DNA from: a virus
Lineage: Duplodnaviria; Heunggongvirae; Uroviricota; Caudoviricetes
Reading direction: 5' to 3' (one strand)
IMG/VR virus record: IMGVR_UViG_2506520037_000005
Location: 1-39,263 of that record
Length of the DNA stretch: 39,263 bases
Below are positions 30,336 through 39,263 of this stretch, in pieces. The first letter of the stretch is position 1. The number at the start of each line of letters is the position of its first letter. The notes beneath the pieces are model-generated. The model made no database searches and was not told the DNA's origin. It was given only the letters and a program-made list of their open reading frames with translations. The position numbers were made by a program, and so were the translations under genes.

Positions 30336-32750
30336 TTAATACAGGTTCCGCCACTTATCATCTTCCTTCAGACGCTGGTTCCGATAGAAGATACGCAGGC
30401 CTGCTCCTGACGGAATACTGCCGCCGCGAAGGAGCAAATCGACTTCTTTCTCGCTGCCATCAAATCCCCTGGACTTCAGTTCATAGACGAGCTGCTGTCG
30501 CTGATGGTCTGTAATTCGCTGTTTGTAGTCTTTACGCCGTTTCGGTTTCACCTGGCGTAACCTTGCAGCCAGTTCCCGGCGCTCTTTTTTGCTCATACTG
30601 TGCAGGTAATCGTGCAACTCCTTGTCATTCATACGGGTAATATCCGTTCTGGAGTCCCCATCAGCTGATTTGTCTTTCCCTTGTTGGTTCAAATTTTCAG
30701 CAAGGGGACAGTTATTGCCACGAGTCCAAGGGGCGCAAGCGCCCTGGTCGGCTACCGCCTCCTGAACGTCAACGGCCTTACGAACCATTTTCCACTTCAC
30801 TGCATGAGTGCAGATCTTGCCCTCTGAAATGGGTGACCAGATGCCATAAATACGAATACCGTGATCGCCATAGGCAGTCGGCTCTTCGTTAATTTCATAA
30901 GCTGTTCTGATAAGGTGATATTTGCGGGGAACCAGTACGCCGCCCTGCTTCATGATGTAGGTGGCAAAACAACCAGCATCAGCAGCAGCCAGGATGGCAT
31001 CAAGACGCGGATCATCCAGTACCGGCGCACCTGCTTTTTTGTCACCCTGTTGCCTTGCCGCCTGACCAGCCAGCAATCGCAGTTCACGGTAAGCCTGGCG
31101 CCCCGGAATACCAAAGAAGCGGAACTGCTGAACACGATGCAGAGACGCCCAGGCATTAACGTATTCGGCGTTATCACGCAGGGATTTACCCGTTTCCTTG
31201 CTGATCTCGCCAGCCAGACCACGCCCGTCAATGTTCTTACTGATGTATTTTGCGATGTAGCTTGTCGGCGTTCCTTTGCGTGGGTTTATCAGCTCAGACT
31301 TAAAGCGTGGGCCCGTGTTATTGCCCAGCTCCTCGCGGTCTTCACGGATGGCAAACTTACGCAACAATGCAGTAATGGCGCGGCGGTCTTTTTTGCGCAT
31401 GAAACACATGAGATGCCAGTGCACAGTACCGTCATGGTGCGGCTCAGCCACCCGTACGCCATACCAGCGCAACCCGGTTTTGTGCATCGCCTTACGAAAT
31501 GCAGCAAACATGCCGACCAGATAATCGCTGCTTTGTCTTACCGTCGCATTTGTCCAGGTCGGGTTGGGCCTGCCGTTATTGAGCGTGGAATGGAAACGTG
31601 ACGGACATGTGATGGTGTAGAAAACGGCGCAGTCACCGCGCATTTCCGCGATAAGCTCCAGACCTTTAACGCAGGCCATCATCTCATTGCGGCGATGTGC
31701 CGGGTTGCTGCTGCTGGCGTTTACCACATCTTCCATATCCAGCGTGTCTCCGTCTTCGTTCACCAGTTCATGAGAACGGAAAAACTCCAGCGACTTGCGG
31801 CGCTGCTCACGTTTATGCATCACGGCTTCATAGCTGACATAGGGAGATGCTTTTTTGCTGACCAGACAGACAGCACGCAACTGCTCTTCCCGCCATTCGC
31901 AACGCATCTTCCACAATTTTCGATACCACCAGTCGGCGCAAAGCATACGTGCCAGCGAACCCGGTATGAGTTCATAGGGCACAGGTTTGCGGCGGTTTCT
32001 TTTCCGACGAAGTTTCTCAAACGCAGGCGGGATAACATCCAGACGCAGGGTTTCCGCTGCCACCTTTTCCCATGTCTTGCGGATTTCTTCTGGCTTTACG
32101 TCATCGTTGGTATACAAATCACCACAAGCGGCCTCAAGACACATGCTCATATGCGCAGCTACCAGGGTGGACAGGCGTTTCACCTGATCCTGACTCATTT
32201 CAGGCAGGATCAGCAGGCCCTCCAGCCCTTGATGGCTTGCCATAAAACGGAAAGAAGTAGATAGCTGACTGTCGCGTACACAATCCAGTCGCTCCAGACA
32301 TGGCTTAATCGTCTCACGCAAATAGCGGGAATAAGCCTTTGGCCTGCCCAGGCTGCTGAAGTATTCGATACGTTGCATCAGCGGCTTGCTGATGTGGGTG
32401 GGCTGGGCGCTGACGTCCGCCAGAATGACCATGTCCGGGTTAAAACGCTGCTGCTCATGCGCCAGCTTTGCCCGACTAATGAGCTTATCCTGCTCCATTT
32501 CGCGCTGGACAGGATCACGGGATTCATTAAAGAAATAACGCTCCCAGACCTGTTCACTCAATTCCTCGCGGCGCAGCTGTTCCTGCTCGTTATCGGCAGC
32601 ATACAGAGTGATCAGGTTTGAAAGCGCAGAAACCGGCGCAACTTCCGCCGGGTCCAGATAAGGGTTTATGGCCTTTTTCGGGCCGTTCCATGAAAATGCT
32701 GCAGCGGCCTCGTTAAAGCCGCTAGAGTCGCTCATATCGGCATGACTCAT
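30336..32750 (-). CDS. A: Replication initiation protein A (rolling-circle nickase)
   Basis: 804-aa ORF in the P2 gpA position, recognised as P2 A-like. Confidence 0.85.
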   Translation of the reverse strand: MSHADMSDSSGFNEAAAAFSWNGPKKAINPYLDPAEVAPVSALSNLITLYAADNEQEQLRREELSEQVWERYFFNESRDPVQREMEQDKLISRAKLAHEQQRFNPDMVILADVSAQPTHISKPLMQRIEYFSSLGRPKAYSRYLRETIKPCLERLDCVRDSQLSTSFRFMASHQGLEGLLILPEMSQDQVKRLSTLVAAHMSMCLEAACGDLYTNDDVKPEEIRKTWEKVAAETLRLDVIPPAFEKLRRKRNRRKPVPYELIPGSLARMLCADWWYRKLWKMRCEWREEQLRAVCLVSKKASPYVSYEAVMHKREQRRKSLEFFRSHELVNEDGDTLDMEDVVNASSSNPAHRRNEMMACVKGLELIAEMRGDCAVFYTITCPSRFHSTLNNGRPNPTWTNATVRQSSDYLVGMFAAFRKAMHKTGLRWYGVRVAEPHHDGTVHWHLMCFMRKKDRRAITALLRKFAIREDREELGNNTGPRFKSELINPRKGTPTSYIAKYISKNIDGRGLAGEISKETGKSLRDNAEYVNAWASLHRVQQFRFFGIPGRQAYRELRLLAGQAARQQGDKKAGAPVLDDPRLDAILAAADAGCFATYIMKQGGVLVPRKYHLIRTAYEINEEPTAYGDHGIRIYGIWSPISEGKICTHAVKWKMVRKAVDVQEAVADQGACAPWTRGNNCPLAENLNQQGKDKSADGDSRTDITRMNDKELHDYLHSMSKKERRELAARLRQVKPKRRKDYKQRITDHQRQQLVYELKSRGFDGSEKEVDLLLRGGSIPSGAGLRIFYRNQRLKEDDKWRNLY

Positions 32751-33604
32751 ACACGCACCTCGTACACAGCAGAACTATCCACGCCACGCGAAGGATCAAA
32801 TCCCACCCAGCAGCGCGCCCCGGAAACAGCAATGATTTCTGTTGCAGATTTACTCTCGCCAGCCGACACGCCGATGCTGCGTTTTGCCTTGATGTAGTGG
32901 TGAGTGAAATTGCGATACAGCGAACGAATCAGGGATGTGTCACTGTTAGAAACAATGACCGGATGACCTTCAGATGATCGATATTCAAGAACGGATGCCA
33001 GGTGATACTGGTCATCTTCAGTGAAACCATCAGTGTGATAGCCGGAAAACGTACCGTCATAAGGCGGATCGCAATACACCACATCCCCCGCCTTCAACAT
33101 CGCCAGCGTTTCATCAAAGCTGGCGCAGATAAACGTTGCCCGCGGGGCTTTCTCTGCAAATGCGCGAATTTCTTTTTCAGGGAAATACGGATTTTTATAA
33201 TTACCGTAGGGAATGTTGAAATGCCCGCTCTTGTTATAGCGACATAAACCACGGTAACCGTGACGATTGAGATACAGGAAATATATCGCCTTCATGAAAT
33301 CAGTAATTTCAGTTGAGTAATTAAACTCCTGTCTTATGTTGTAATAAGCCAGCTCACTGTTTGCTTCCTCAAATAAAACTCTGGCACGAGATATAAACGC
33401 TTCGCAATCAGCGGCAATCTTTTTATAGAGGTTGATTAAATCAGGATTAATATCCGCAACCAGATAGCTGGGGTAATCCGTCGCCATCATCACAGCACAA
33501 GAACCCGCGAAAGGTTCAACCAGTCGCGGGCCAGCAGGAAGGTATTTTTTCAGTTCGGACATAATGGCGGTTTTATTACCCGCCCATTTCAGGATGGTGC
33601 TCAT
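32747..33604 (-). CDS. DNA adenine methyltransferase (Dam-like)
   Basis: Motif [10 protein letters not shown] and motif IV DPPY; probable start [11 protein letters not shown] overlapping the TraR-like stop as ATGA; 4-bp overlap with A. Confidence 0.8.
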   Translation of the reverse strand: MSTILKWAGNKTAIMSELKKYLPAGPRLVEPFAGSCAVMMATDYPSYLVADINPDLINLYKKIAADCEAFISRARVLFEEANSELAYYNIRQEFNYSTEITDFMKAIYFLYLNRHGYRGLCRYNKSGHFNIPYGNYKNPYFPEKEIRAFAEKAPRATFICASFDETLAMLKAGDVVYCDPPYDGTFSGYHTDGFTEDDQYHLASVLEYRSSEGHPVIVSNSDTSLIRSLYRNFTHHYIKAKRSIGVSAGESKSATEIIAVSGARCWVGFDPSRGVDSSAVYEVRV

Positions 33605-33828
33605 ACAGCACCTCCGTTGTAATGTTTGCCTTTCAGCTCTGCGATTTCCTGGCAGGTAATGCAAAGCTGCACTCCCGGAATGGCGCGGCGTCGTGCTGGC
33701 GGAATTGGCGCTTCACATTCAATGCAAAGTACGCGTGACACGCCCGGTGTTTTGGCACGGGCTGCACGGATATGGCGCTGGCGTTCTTCTTCAACGCGCT
33801 GCTGTACGAGATCCATTGCATCAGCCAT
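33601..33828 (-). CDS. TraR/DksA-family C4 zinc-finger protein
   Basis: CIECEAPIP...LCITCQ four-cysteine motif in a 75-aa protein. Confidence 0.75.
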   Translation of the reverse strand: MADAMDLVQQRVEEERQRHIRAARAKTPGVSRVLCIECEAPIPPARRRAIPGVQLCITCQEIAELKGKHYNGGAV

Positions 33829-34067
33829 TAGTAGATCTCCTGCGCTTCGTTCTGGATTGCTTCAGCAGTCACACGCAGCAGTTCTGCCGCTTCCACGTGG
33901 TTTAGCTGGCGGGATGAGATATGACACGCCAGGCTATCAAGGCGAGCAGCCATTGCTTCAGCCCTTGCCCGGCGTTCTTCCAGACGAGCCTCTGTCAGTA
34001 AAATATTAAGCCCTGCGTCATCCGGTCCGGTTTTAGTCGTGAGGGTTTCAATATTACGCATAATCAA
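33828..34067 (-). CDS. Hypothetical early protein
   Basis: 79-aa ORF with start/stop overlap to the TraR-like gene. Confidence 0.55.
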   Translation of the reverse strand: MIMRNIETLTTKTGPDDAGLNILLTEARLEERRARAEAMAARLDSLACHISSRQLNHVEAAELLRVTAEAIQNEAQEIY

Positions 34068-34128
34068 TTCTCCTGAATTTAGATAAAGGGATGCCCGGCG
34101 GGTTTACGCCATTAATTTCATTAGTTGG

Positions 34129-34470
34129 TTAATTCGGCATGGTTAGCCGTCTGGGAAATAAGCTCACCACTGCACGAAAATGATTCATTGCTTTAATCAA
34201 CTCCCGCTTTTCGTCAGTGGTCAGCTCATTAATGCTGATGCTATGACGTTCAGCTGGAATTTTTGCCATAAAGAATATGGCAGCCAGTGCCCGTTTATTT
34301 TGTTCATTATTGATATCCCGTGGATCACGCATATCTTTAATAAACCGCTCAAGCTCTGACTCAATATTCAGGCCAAACACTTTCGCCCTTAACTCCGCAA
34401 TGTGATTAAGTCCATTCAGGCGTTCACCGGGGCTTAATGGAACAGTCGCCGCAGCGCCTTCAATAGCCAT
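34129..34470 (-). CDS. Hypothetical early protein
   Basis: 113-aa ORF in the early operon; weak SD. Confidence 0.5.
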   Translation of the reverse strand: MAIEGAAATVPLSPGERLNGLNHIAELRAKVFGLNIESELERFIKDMRDPRDINNEQNKRALAAIFFMAKIPAERHSISINELTTDEKRELIKAMNHFRAVVSLFPRRLTMPN

Positions 34471-34551
34471 TTACGCATCCCACAACACATCTACTAAAAA
34501 ATTTTTGATATGATCCATTACCAACATATTGATAGCTAGAAGGAATCATCA

Positions 34552-34800
34552 ATGTTGAACCCGGTTGAAAGAGAGCGTATAGAGCAACTTGAAAACGAGA
34601 TCTCCAGTCTTCGCGATGAGGTTGCTGTTCAACGAATTCTTGTTTCAGGTCTGATCCACTCCTTATTTCGAACTGACTCAGCAAATCAATCTGCATTTTT
34701 TGAGCTCCTCCGCGAAGAATTAAACAAACTTCCTTTAGGTTCGGTTAAACAACAAGAATTCACTCATCTGATACAGACACTGATAGATCGTTACCGATAA
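34552..34800 (+). CDS. Hypothetical small coiled-coil protein, antisense to the early operon
   Basis: 82-aa ORF with SD (AAGGAA) and heptad-like N-terminus; competes with an overlapping minus-strand ORF at 34460-34696. Confidence 0.35.
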   Translation: MLNPVERERIEQLENEISSLRDEVAVQRILVSGLIHSLFRTDSANQSAFFELLREELNKLPLGSVKQQEFTHLIQTLIDRYR

Positions 34801-35015
34801 ATATTTCGCCGATAACGTTCAAGAGGTGATGTCTTTATACGCATCACTTCTTGTACTTTTTCACCACGTATAAAGGTTCCATCCTTTAGAGTGAAAAAGT
34901 AGCTACCATCGCCCGACAACGACGGATAGCAACAGAGCAAATCATCTTCAGGTACTGAATAATTCTCCCCTCTGTAACGAAAGTGATAAACCACTTCATT
35001 TTCTGCCGCATACAT
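34791..35015 (-). CDS. Hypothetical early protein (186 fil/dhr region)
   Basis: 74-aa ORF with SD (GGAGAAAG); overlaps another minus-frame ORF (34886-35215). Confidence 0.45.
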   Translation of the reverse strand: MYAAENEVVYHFRYRGENYSVPEDDLLCCYPSLSGDGSYFFTLKDGTFIRGEKVQEVMRIKTSPLERYRRNIYR

Positions 35016-35189
35016 TTGGACTTTCTCCGTTTCCTCGTGGTCAATTCAGACAGCAATTCATCTTGTGAACGGCACGGATGCCAGTGTTTACCATCCTCAC
35101 CCATGATCCAGCCGTGACCGTAGTGCATTGCCGGGCTTTGTTTTACCAGCAGCGATGCAAATGATGGCTCTTTCGTCAGCATAAGCACC

Positions 35190-35699
35190 TCACAGCAAAC
35201 CGAATGAAGCACCAAGGCCAGTCACGGTATCCACCGCACTTGCCATTGCTGGATTCGCCTGTAGACGTGCCTGCAATGAAACTGCGGTCAGTGCCATCAA
35301 ACGCGTAACTGAATTAATACTGCTGATTACATCGCGGCGGCCTGCGGTAGTTTTCACTTCACCAGAGACAGCACCGGCAGCAACACGCCCGATCTCTGCT
35401 GTAGCATTCAGAACGTAGTACGGCATCTTCTCGCTTGCTACTTCGTTCACAGGGACACACGCCAGACAGTTAATCTGCGCCAGAAAGCCATCAACCAAAG
35501 TTGGGTCCTCGGTGAGATCTGTAAGCAGCCAGATCTCTGGCGCAGTGAGCTGGTGCGACTGCTCTGGGTTCAGCTTATTACGCAGGGTTTGAACGTTCAT
35601 ACCTGCGCGTTCTGCCAGCTTCGACATGTTGTGACGCAAAGCGAAGGTCCGGCAGGCTTCATCAAAATGTCTTTGTTTGGAAACTTTATAATCAAACAT
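35190..35699 (-). CDS. cII: CII-like lysogeny-establishment regulator (186 CII type)
   Basis: 169 aa from internal ATG (MFDYKVSKQRHFDEACRTFALRHNMSKLAE...GASFGLL), collinear with 186 CII as recalled. Confidence 0.8.
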   Translation of the reverse strand: MFDYKVSKQRHFDEACRTFALRHNMSKLAERAGMNVQTLRNKLNPEQSHQLTAPEIWLLTDLTEDPTLVDGFLAQINCLACVPVNEVASEKMPYYVLNATAEIGRVAAGAVSGEVKTTAGRRDVISSINSVTRLMALTAVSLQARLQANPAMASAVDTVTGLGASFGLL

Positions 35700-35764
35700 A
35701 GTTTTCATCTCCGAACTTATCGCAAAATCGAACCATAAAACAGATTTCGATAAGCAAAGTCTTT

Positions 35765-35968
35765 TCATGCCGAAAGTGCATCTACTGTCAAAGCAGCCAT
35801 GTTAATCATGACTTTTTCACGCTTCTTATCTTTACGGAGACGATGCCGCGGAAGTCGGCCATCAGCCAACATGTCATTGATCGTATCAACCGGAAGGCCT
35901 GTGAGTTCGCTATAACGTTCAATTGTGACGTGTGGTGTGTTCAGAGTGATTGAAATGTTTGGGTTCAT
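35765..35968 (-). CDS. apl: Apl/Cox-type excisionase and lytic-switch regulator
   Basis: About 67 aa from internal ATG (MNPNISITLN...) with an HTH-like segment; first gene of the rightward early operon; SD AAGGAA. Confidence 0.7.
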   Translation of the reverse strand: MNPNISITLNTPHVTIERYSELTGLPVDTINDMLADGRLPRHRLRKDKKREKVMINMAALTVDALSA

Positions 35969-36058
35969 GGTGCAACATTCCTTCTTTAATTCGGCTTGTG
36001 GCGAGCCGTTGTTTATCGTGATTAGTTGTGAAGGCTCCAAAAGAAGACTTCGAGGTCA

Positions 36059-36088
36059 ACTTTAAGATCGCTTTTGGAATCTGTCAAT
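36059..36088 (-). promoter_or_regulatory. Candidate early lytic promoter pR (-35 TTGACA, 17-bp spacer, -10 TAAAGT)
   Basis: Consensus -35 and acceptable -10 read on the minus strand upstream of apl, in the face-to-face position expected for a 186-type switch. Confidence 0.45.
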
Positions 36089-36114
36089 GCAATTTAGATT
36101 GTTTTGGAGGACTC

Positions 36115-36678
36115 TTGAATTTCAATAGCGGCGGAAAGAAAGTGATTGAACGTTTGGTTGAGGCGTATGGTTTCACCACTCGTCAGGCCCTTTGCGACCA
36201 CTTAGGGGTTTCAAAGAGCACAATGGCAACCCGCTACATGCGTGACATTTTTCCAGCAGATTGGGTACTTCAATGCGTTGTAGAAACTGGTACTTCAATT
36301 GATTGGCTGGTATCAGGGAAAGGTGAGTTAAAAACCACAGCAGTCAACTCTTTGGTAGACGTTGAAACTCGCGAACTAAAAAATGGAGAGGCTATTGCAC
36401 TTGGAACGCACAAGATTGATCCAGTCTTTCTTCTCAATGAAATAAAATCTGCATTAGCGATAAAAATTAACCAACATGTTTACATTTGTGACCGAGAAGA
36501 CACTACCATTTCTGATGGTCAATGGTTGGTGGATATAGAAGGAAAACTGAGTATTAAAAAAATCAATTTGATACCAGTCAAAAGAGCAATGGTATCTGGG
36601 GATGGTTTTTCATTTGAATGTGATATTAGTGATATAAAACCTATAGCTAAGGTTCATACCGTAATCAGTGAGGCTTAA
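36115..36678 (+). CDS. cI: CI-type immunity repressor (186 CI-like, N-terminal HTH)
   Basis: HTH segment (TTRQALCDHLGVSKSTMATRYMR) and about 190-aa size. Start is uncertain: the ORF opens at 36028, but an in-frame TTG at 36115 follows a GGAGG. Confidence 0.7.
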   Translation: MNFNSGGKKVIERLVEAYGFTTRQALCDHLGVSKSTMATRYMRDIFPADWVLQCVVETGTSIDWLVSGKGELKTTAVNSLVDVETRELKNGEAIALGTHKIDPVFLLNEIKSALAIKINQHVYICDREDTTISDGQWLVDIEGKLSIKKINLIPVKRAMVSGDGFSFECDISDIKPIAKVHTVISEA

Positions 36679-38130
36679 ATGGATATTGAGTGGAATTGGG
36701 ATCAAGATGACGAATTTCTTGGTGAAAAATTACCTGCAGATACATTGGACAGAAAAAAGTACGCAAAATATCTTTATGAAATCTGTGCTGCACGCGGTGC
36801 TAAATCCAATCTCGTAGTTAACATTAATGCGGAATGGGGGGCTGGAAAAACATATTTTACTAAACGCCTAGCCAAGACAATTTCCCACTACCATCCCACA
36901 ATATACATTGATGCTTGGAAAGAAGATTTTACTGAAGACCCATTGCTCACAGTATTTAGTGGAATTAAAGATCAATTATCTGGTCAATCTGATAGCTTTA
37001 CTGCTTTAATCAATTCAACAATTGAGAATGTCGGTCCTTTGCTAAAAACAGCGGCACCAGTTATTATTGATGGATTAATACAAAAGTTCACAGGGGTTGA
37101 CTCCTTTTCTAACCTAACTAAAGACTTATCATCTAAGCTAATAGAAATACACGCAGAAAAATCAACGAGAATAGAGACAGTAAGAAAAGGAATTAGTCGT
37201 TGGGTTGAATTCATTGGGCGAAAAGATGGAATAGATAAAGAGCTTCCATTATTTATAATAATTGATGAACTTGATAGATGTAGGCCCGATTTTTCCATTA
37301 GTCTTTTAGAAATCTCCAAGCATATTTTTAACATCCCTGGCGTAGTATTTATTATTGCCACTGACACCCAACAATTACAGCATTCAATAAAAGTTATATA
37401 TGGCACTAATTTTTCAGCAAGTCATTATCTAAGCAGGTTTTTTGACCGTCGATTCCTTCTCCCAACGCCAGAATACAAAGACTTACTATTAACAAAAACA
37501 GGTGAAAACATAATTTCGGAATTTAATTCTTTACGTGAAAAATTAATTCCATGCCCACAAGACATCACATCATTTGTTAAAAATTGTTCATCCATATTAT
37601 TATCCATAAAAATAAACATCAGAGACGCTGTAAAAATATACGAGAGGCTAATAGACATACTTATCACGTCAAATAAAACATTTGACCCCAATCTAATGTT
37701 GATATTATCTGCATTTAATTTCAAAGATCATGATGTATATGCAAAAATAAAATCAAAAGAAAAGCTAATTCCTAGTCCTCTCAACACAGAAATAGATTTA
37801 TCATTTGATTTATCTTATGAAACTACACAAGTCAAGTACTTCCAAGCTAATGGTGGTGTTTATAGTAATACGTATAAACAAAAAGAAATTTCAACAAATG
37901 TTCTATTTTACATAGAGACTGCTTGGAACACCTTAACGATAGCAAGAACCGCACCTGTTGGCACGCGACCTTACAATACTCCAGAACTTTGGATGGAAGG
38001 AGAGTTGTCTCAGGAGGAATCATTAGCGAACTTTCTCAAAATGGGATACGCCAAAAGCCGGTACAATGAAAGTGAACTAAAAATTCATCAATATTTCGAT
38101 TTAATTGAACTGAGCACAACATTTGATTGA
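36679..38130 (+). CDS. KAP-family P-loop NTPase (PifA-like), candidate phage-exclusion protein
   Basis: Walker A EWGAGKT and the KAP-type Walker B FIIIDELDRCRP; ATG follows the cI stop codon directly; AT-rich. Confidence 0.75.
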   Translation: MDIEWNWDQDDEFLGEKLPADTLDRKKYAKYLYEICAARGAKSNLVVNINAEWGAGKTYFTKRLAKTISHYHPTIYIDAWKEDFTEDPLLTVFSGIKDQLSGQSDSFTALINSTIENVGPLLKTAAPVIIDGLIQKFTGVDSFSNLTKDLSSKLIEIHAEKSTRIETVRKGISRWVEFIGRKDGIDKELPLFIIIDELDRCRPDFSISLLEISKHIFNIPGVVFIIATDTQQLQHSIKVIYGTNFSASHYLSRFFDRRFLLPTPEYKDLLLTKTGENIISEFNSLREKLIPCPQDITSFVKNCSSILLSIKINIRDAVKIYERLIDILITSNKTFDPNLMLILSAFNFKDHDVYAKIKSKEKLIPSPLNTEIDLSFDLSYETTQVKYFQANGGVYSNTYKQKEISTNVLFYIETAWNTLTIARTAPVGTRPYNTPELWMEGELSQEESLANFLKMGYAKSRYNESELKIHQYFDLIELSTTFD

Positions 38131-38185
38131 TGTATGAGTTCACCTAAACATACATTGACCACTGTTTAAACATACAGTTAAATTT

Positions 38186-38210
38186 AGCCCTCAGACATGA
38201 GGGCTTTTTT
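38186..38210 (+). terminator. Rho-independent terminator immediately upstream of int
   Basis: Stem agccctca / tgagggct followed by TTTTTT, then the int ATG. Confidence 0.65.
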
Positions 38211-39263
38211 ATGGCAGTACGAAAACTCGACACAGGTAAATGGATATGCGAATGCTACCCCGCCGGGCGCAGCGGACGGCGTGTGCGTAAGCAATTCGCC
38301 ACCAAAGGTGAAGCGTTAGCATTTGAACGGCACATAATGGAGGAAACTGAAGCTAAGCCCTGGCTGGGTGAATCGGTAGATCGCCGAACTCTGAAAGACG
38401 TCGTTGAACTCTGGTTCAAACTGCACGGCAAATCTCTGACCGCTGGCGAGCATGTTTACGACAAGCTGATCCTGATGGTCGAAGCTCTCGGAAATCCCCT
38501 CGCCACCGATTTAACATCCAAAATGTTCGCGCACTATCGCGATAAACGCCTGACAGGAGAGATCTACTTCAGCGAGAAATGGAAGAAAGGAGCAAGCCCG
38601 GTCACTATTAATCTGGAGCAAAGCTATCTAAGTAGTGTTTTTAGCGAACTATCCCGCCTGGGCGAATGGTCGTATCCGAACCCACTGGAGAACATGCGAA
38701 AATTCACCATCGCAGAAAAAGAGATGGCATGGCTTACCCATGAGCAGATTGTTGAATTGCTGGCTGATTGCAAACGTCAGGACCCAATTCTGGCACTGGT
38801 AGTTAAGATATGCTTAAGCACAGGCGCACGCTGGCGTGAAGCCGTAAATCTTACCCGCTCGCAGGTGACCAAATACCGAATTACCTTTGTAAGAACGAAG
38901 GGGAAGAAAAACAGAAGCATCCCTATCAGTAAAGAGCTTTACGAAGAGATCATGGCGCTTGATGGGTTCAATTTCTTCACAGACTGCTATTTTCAATTTT
39001 TATCCGTGATGGAAAAAACGTCTATCGTGCTGCCTCGCGGTCAACTGACACACGTTCTGCGCCATACGTTTGCGGCGCACTTCATGATGTCGGGTGGAAA
39101 CATCCTGGCCTTACAAAAAATTCTCGGACACCACGATATAAAAATGACTATGCGTTATGCGCATCTGGCACCGGATCATCTGGAAACGGCGCTCCGTTTC
39201 AATCCTCTGGCAACATTGCCAAGTGGCGACAAAGTGGCGGCAGCGGTTGGCATTACCCCGTAA
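38211..39263 (+). CDS. int: Tyrosine integrase (P2/186 family)
   Basis: 350-aa ORF; C-terminal catalytic region with R...HxxR...Y (VLRHTFAAH...MRYAHL); stop codon is the last 3 nt of the window. Confidence 0.9.
   Translation: MAVRKLDTGKWICECYPAGRSGRRVRKQFATKGEALAFERHIMEETEAKPWLGESVDRRTLKDVVELWFKLHGKSLTAGEHVYDKLILMVEALGNPLATDLTSKMFAHYRDKRLTGEIYFSEKWKKGASPVTINLEQSYLSSVFSELSRLGEWSYPNPLENMRKFTIAEKEMAWLTHEQIVELLADCKRQDPILALVVKICLSTGARWREAVNLTRSQVTKYRITFVRTKGKKNRSIPISKELYEEIMALDGFNFFTDCYFQFLSVMEKTSIVLPRGQLTHVLRHTFAAHFMMSGGNILALQKILGHHDIKMTMRYAHLAPDHLETALRFNPLATLPSGDKVAAAVGITP

Overview
The window opens with about 2.7 kb of E. coli-type chromosome (grxA, ybjM, ybjL) and then runs into a near-complete P2/186-family prophage that fills the rest of the window, ending exactly at the stop codon of its integrase. 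The gene order is the canonical P2 prophage order: ogr, D-U-T-E/E'-FII-FI, G-H, I-J-W-V, S-R-lysis genes-X-L-M-N-O, divergent P-Q, replication gene A, early genes, a 186-type switch (cII, apl, cI) and int. On this conserved backbone sit several AT-rich accessory insertions that the P2 body plan does not explain: (1) a Gin/Hin-family invertase with a roughly 2.85 kb invertible tail-fibre segment, itself interrupted by an IS3-family element; (2) a gene between S and V encoding a protein with a C-terminal four-helix membrane domain; (3) a 593-aa DUF262 (ParB-like nuclease) protein plus a small acidic protein in the Q-to-A variable region; (4) a LexA-box-controlled operon of a small ORF and a DinI-like protein; (5) a KAP-family P-loop NTPase translationally coupled to the cI repressor. 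Items 2, 3 and 5 are candidate phage-defence or exclusion genes and are the best candidates for something undescribed; none can be proven from sequence alone. All calls rest on reading the supplied translations and the DNA by eye; no database search was run. Motif coordinates are approximate (about +/-2 bp), and my base counting disagreed with the ORF track by 1 nt around 29940-30060, so ORF coordinates are taken from the track.
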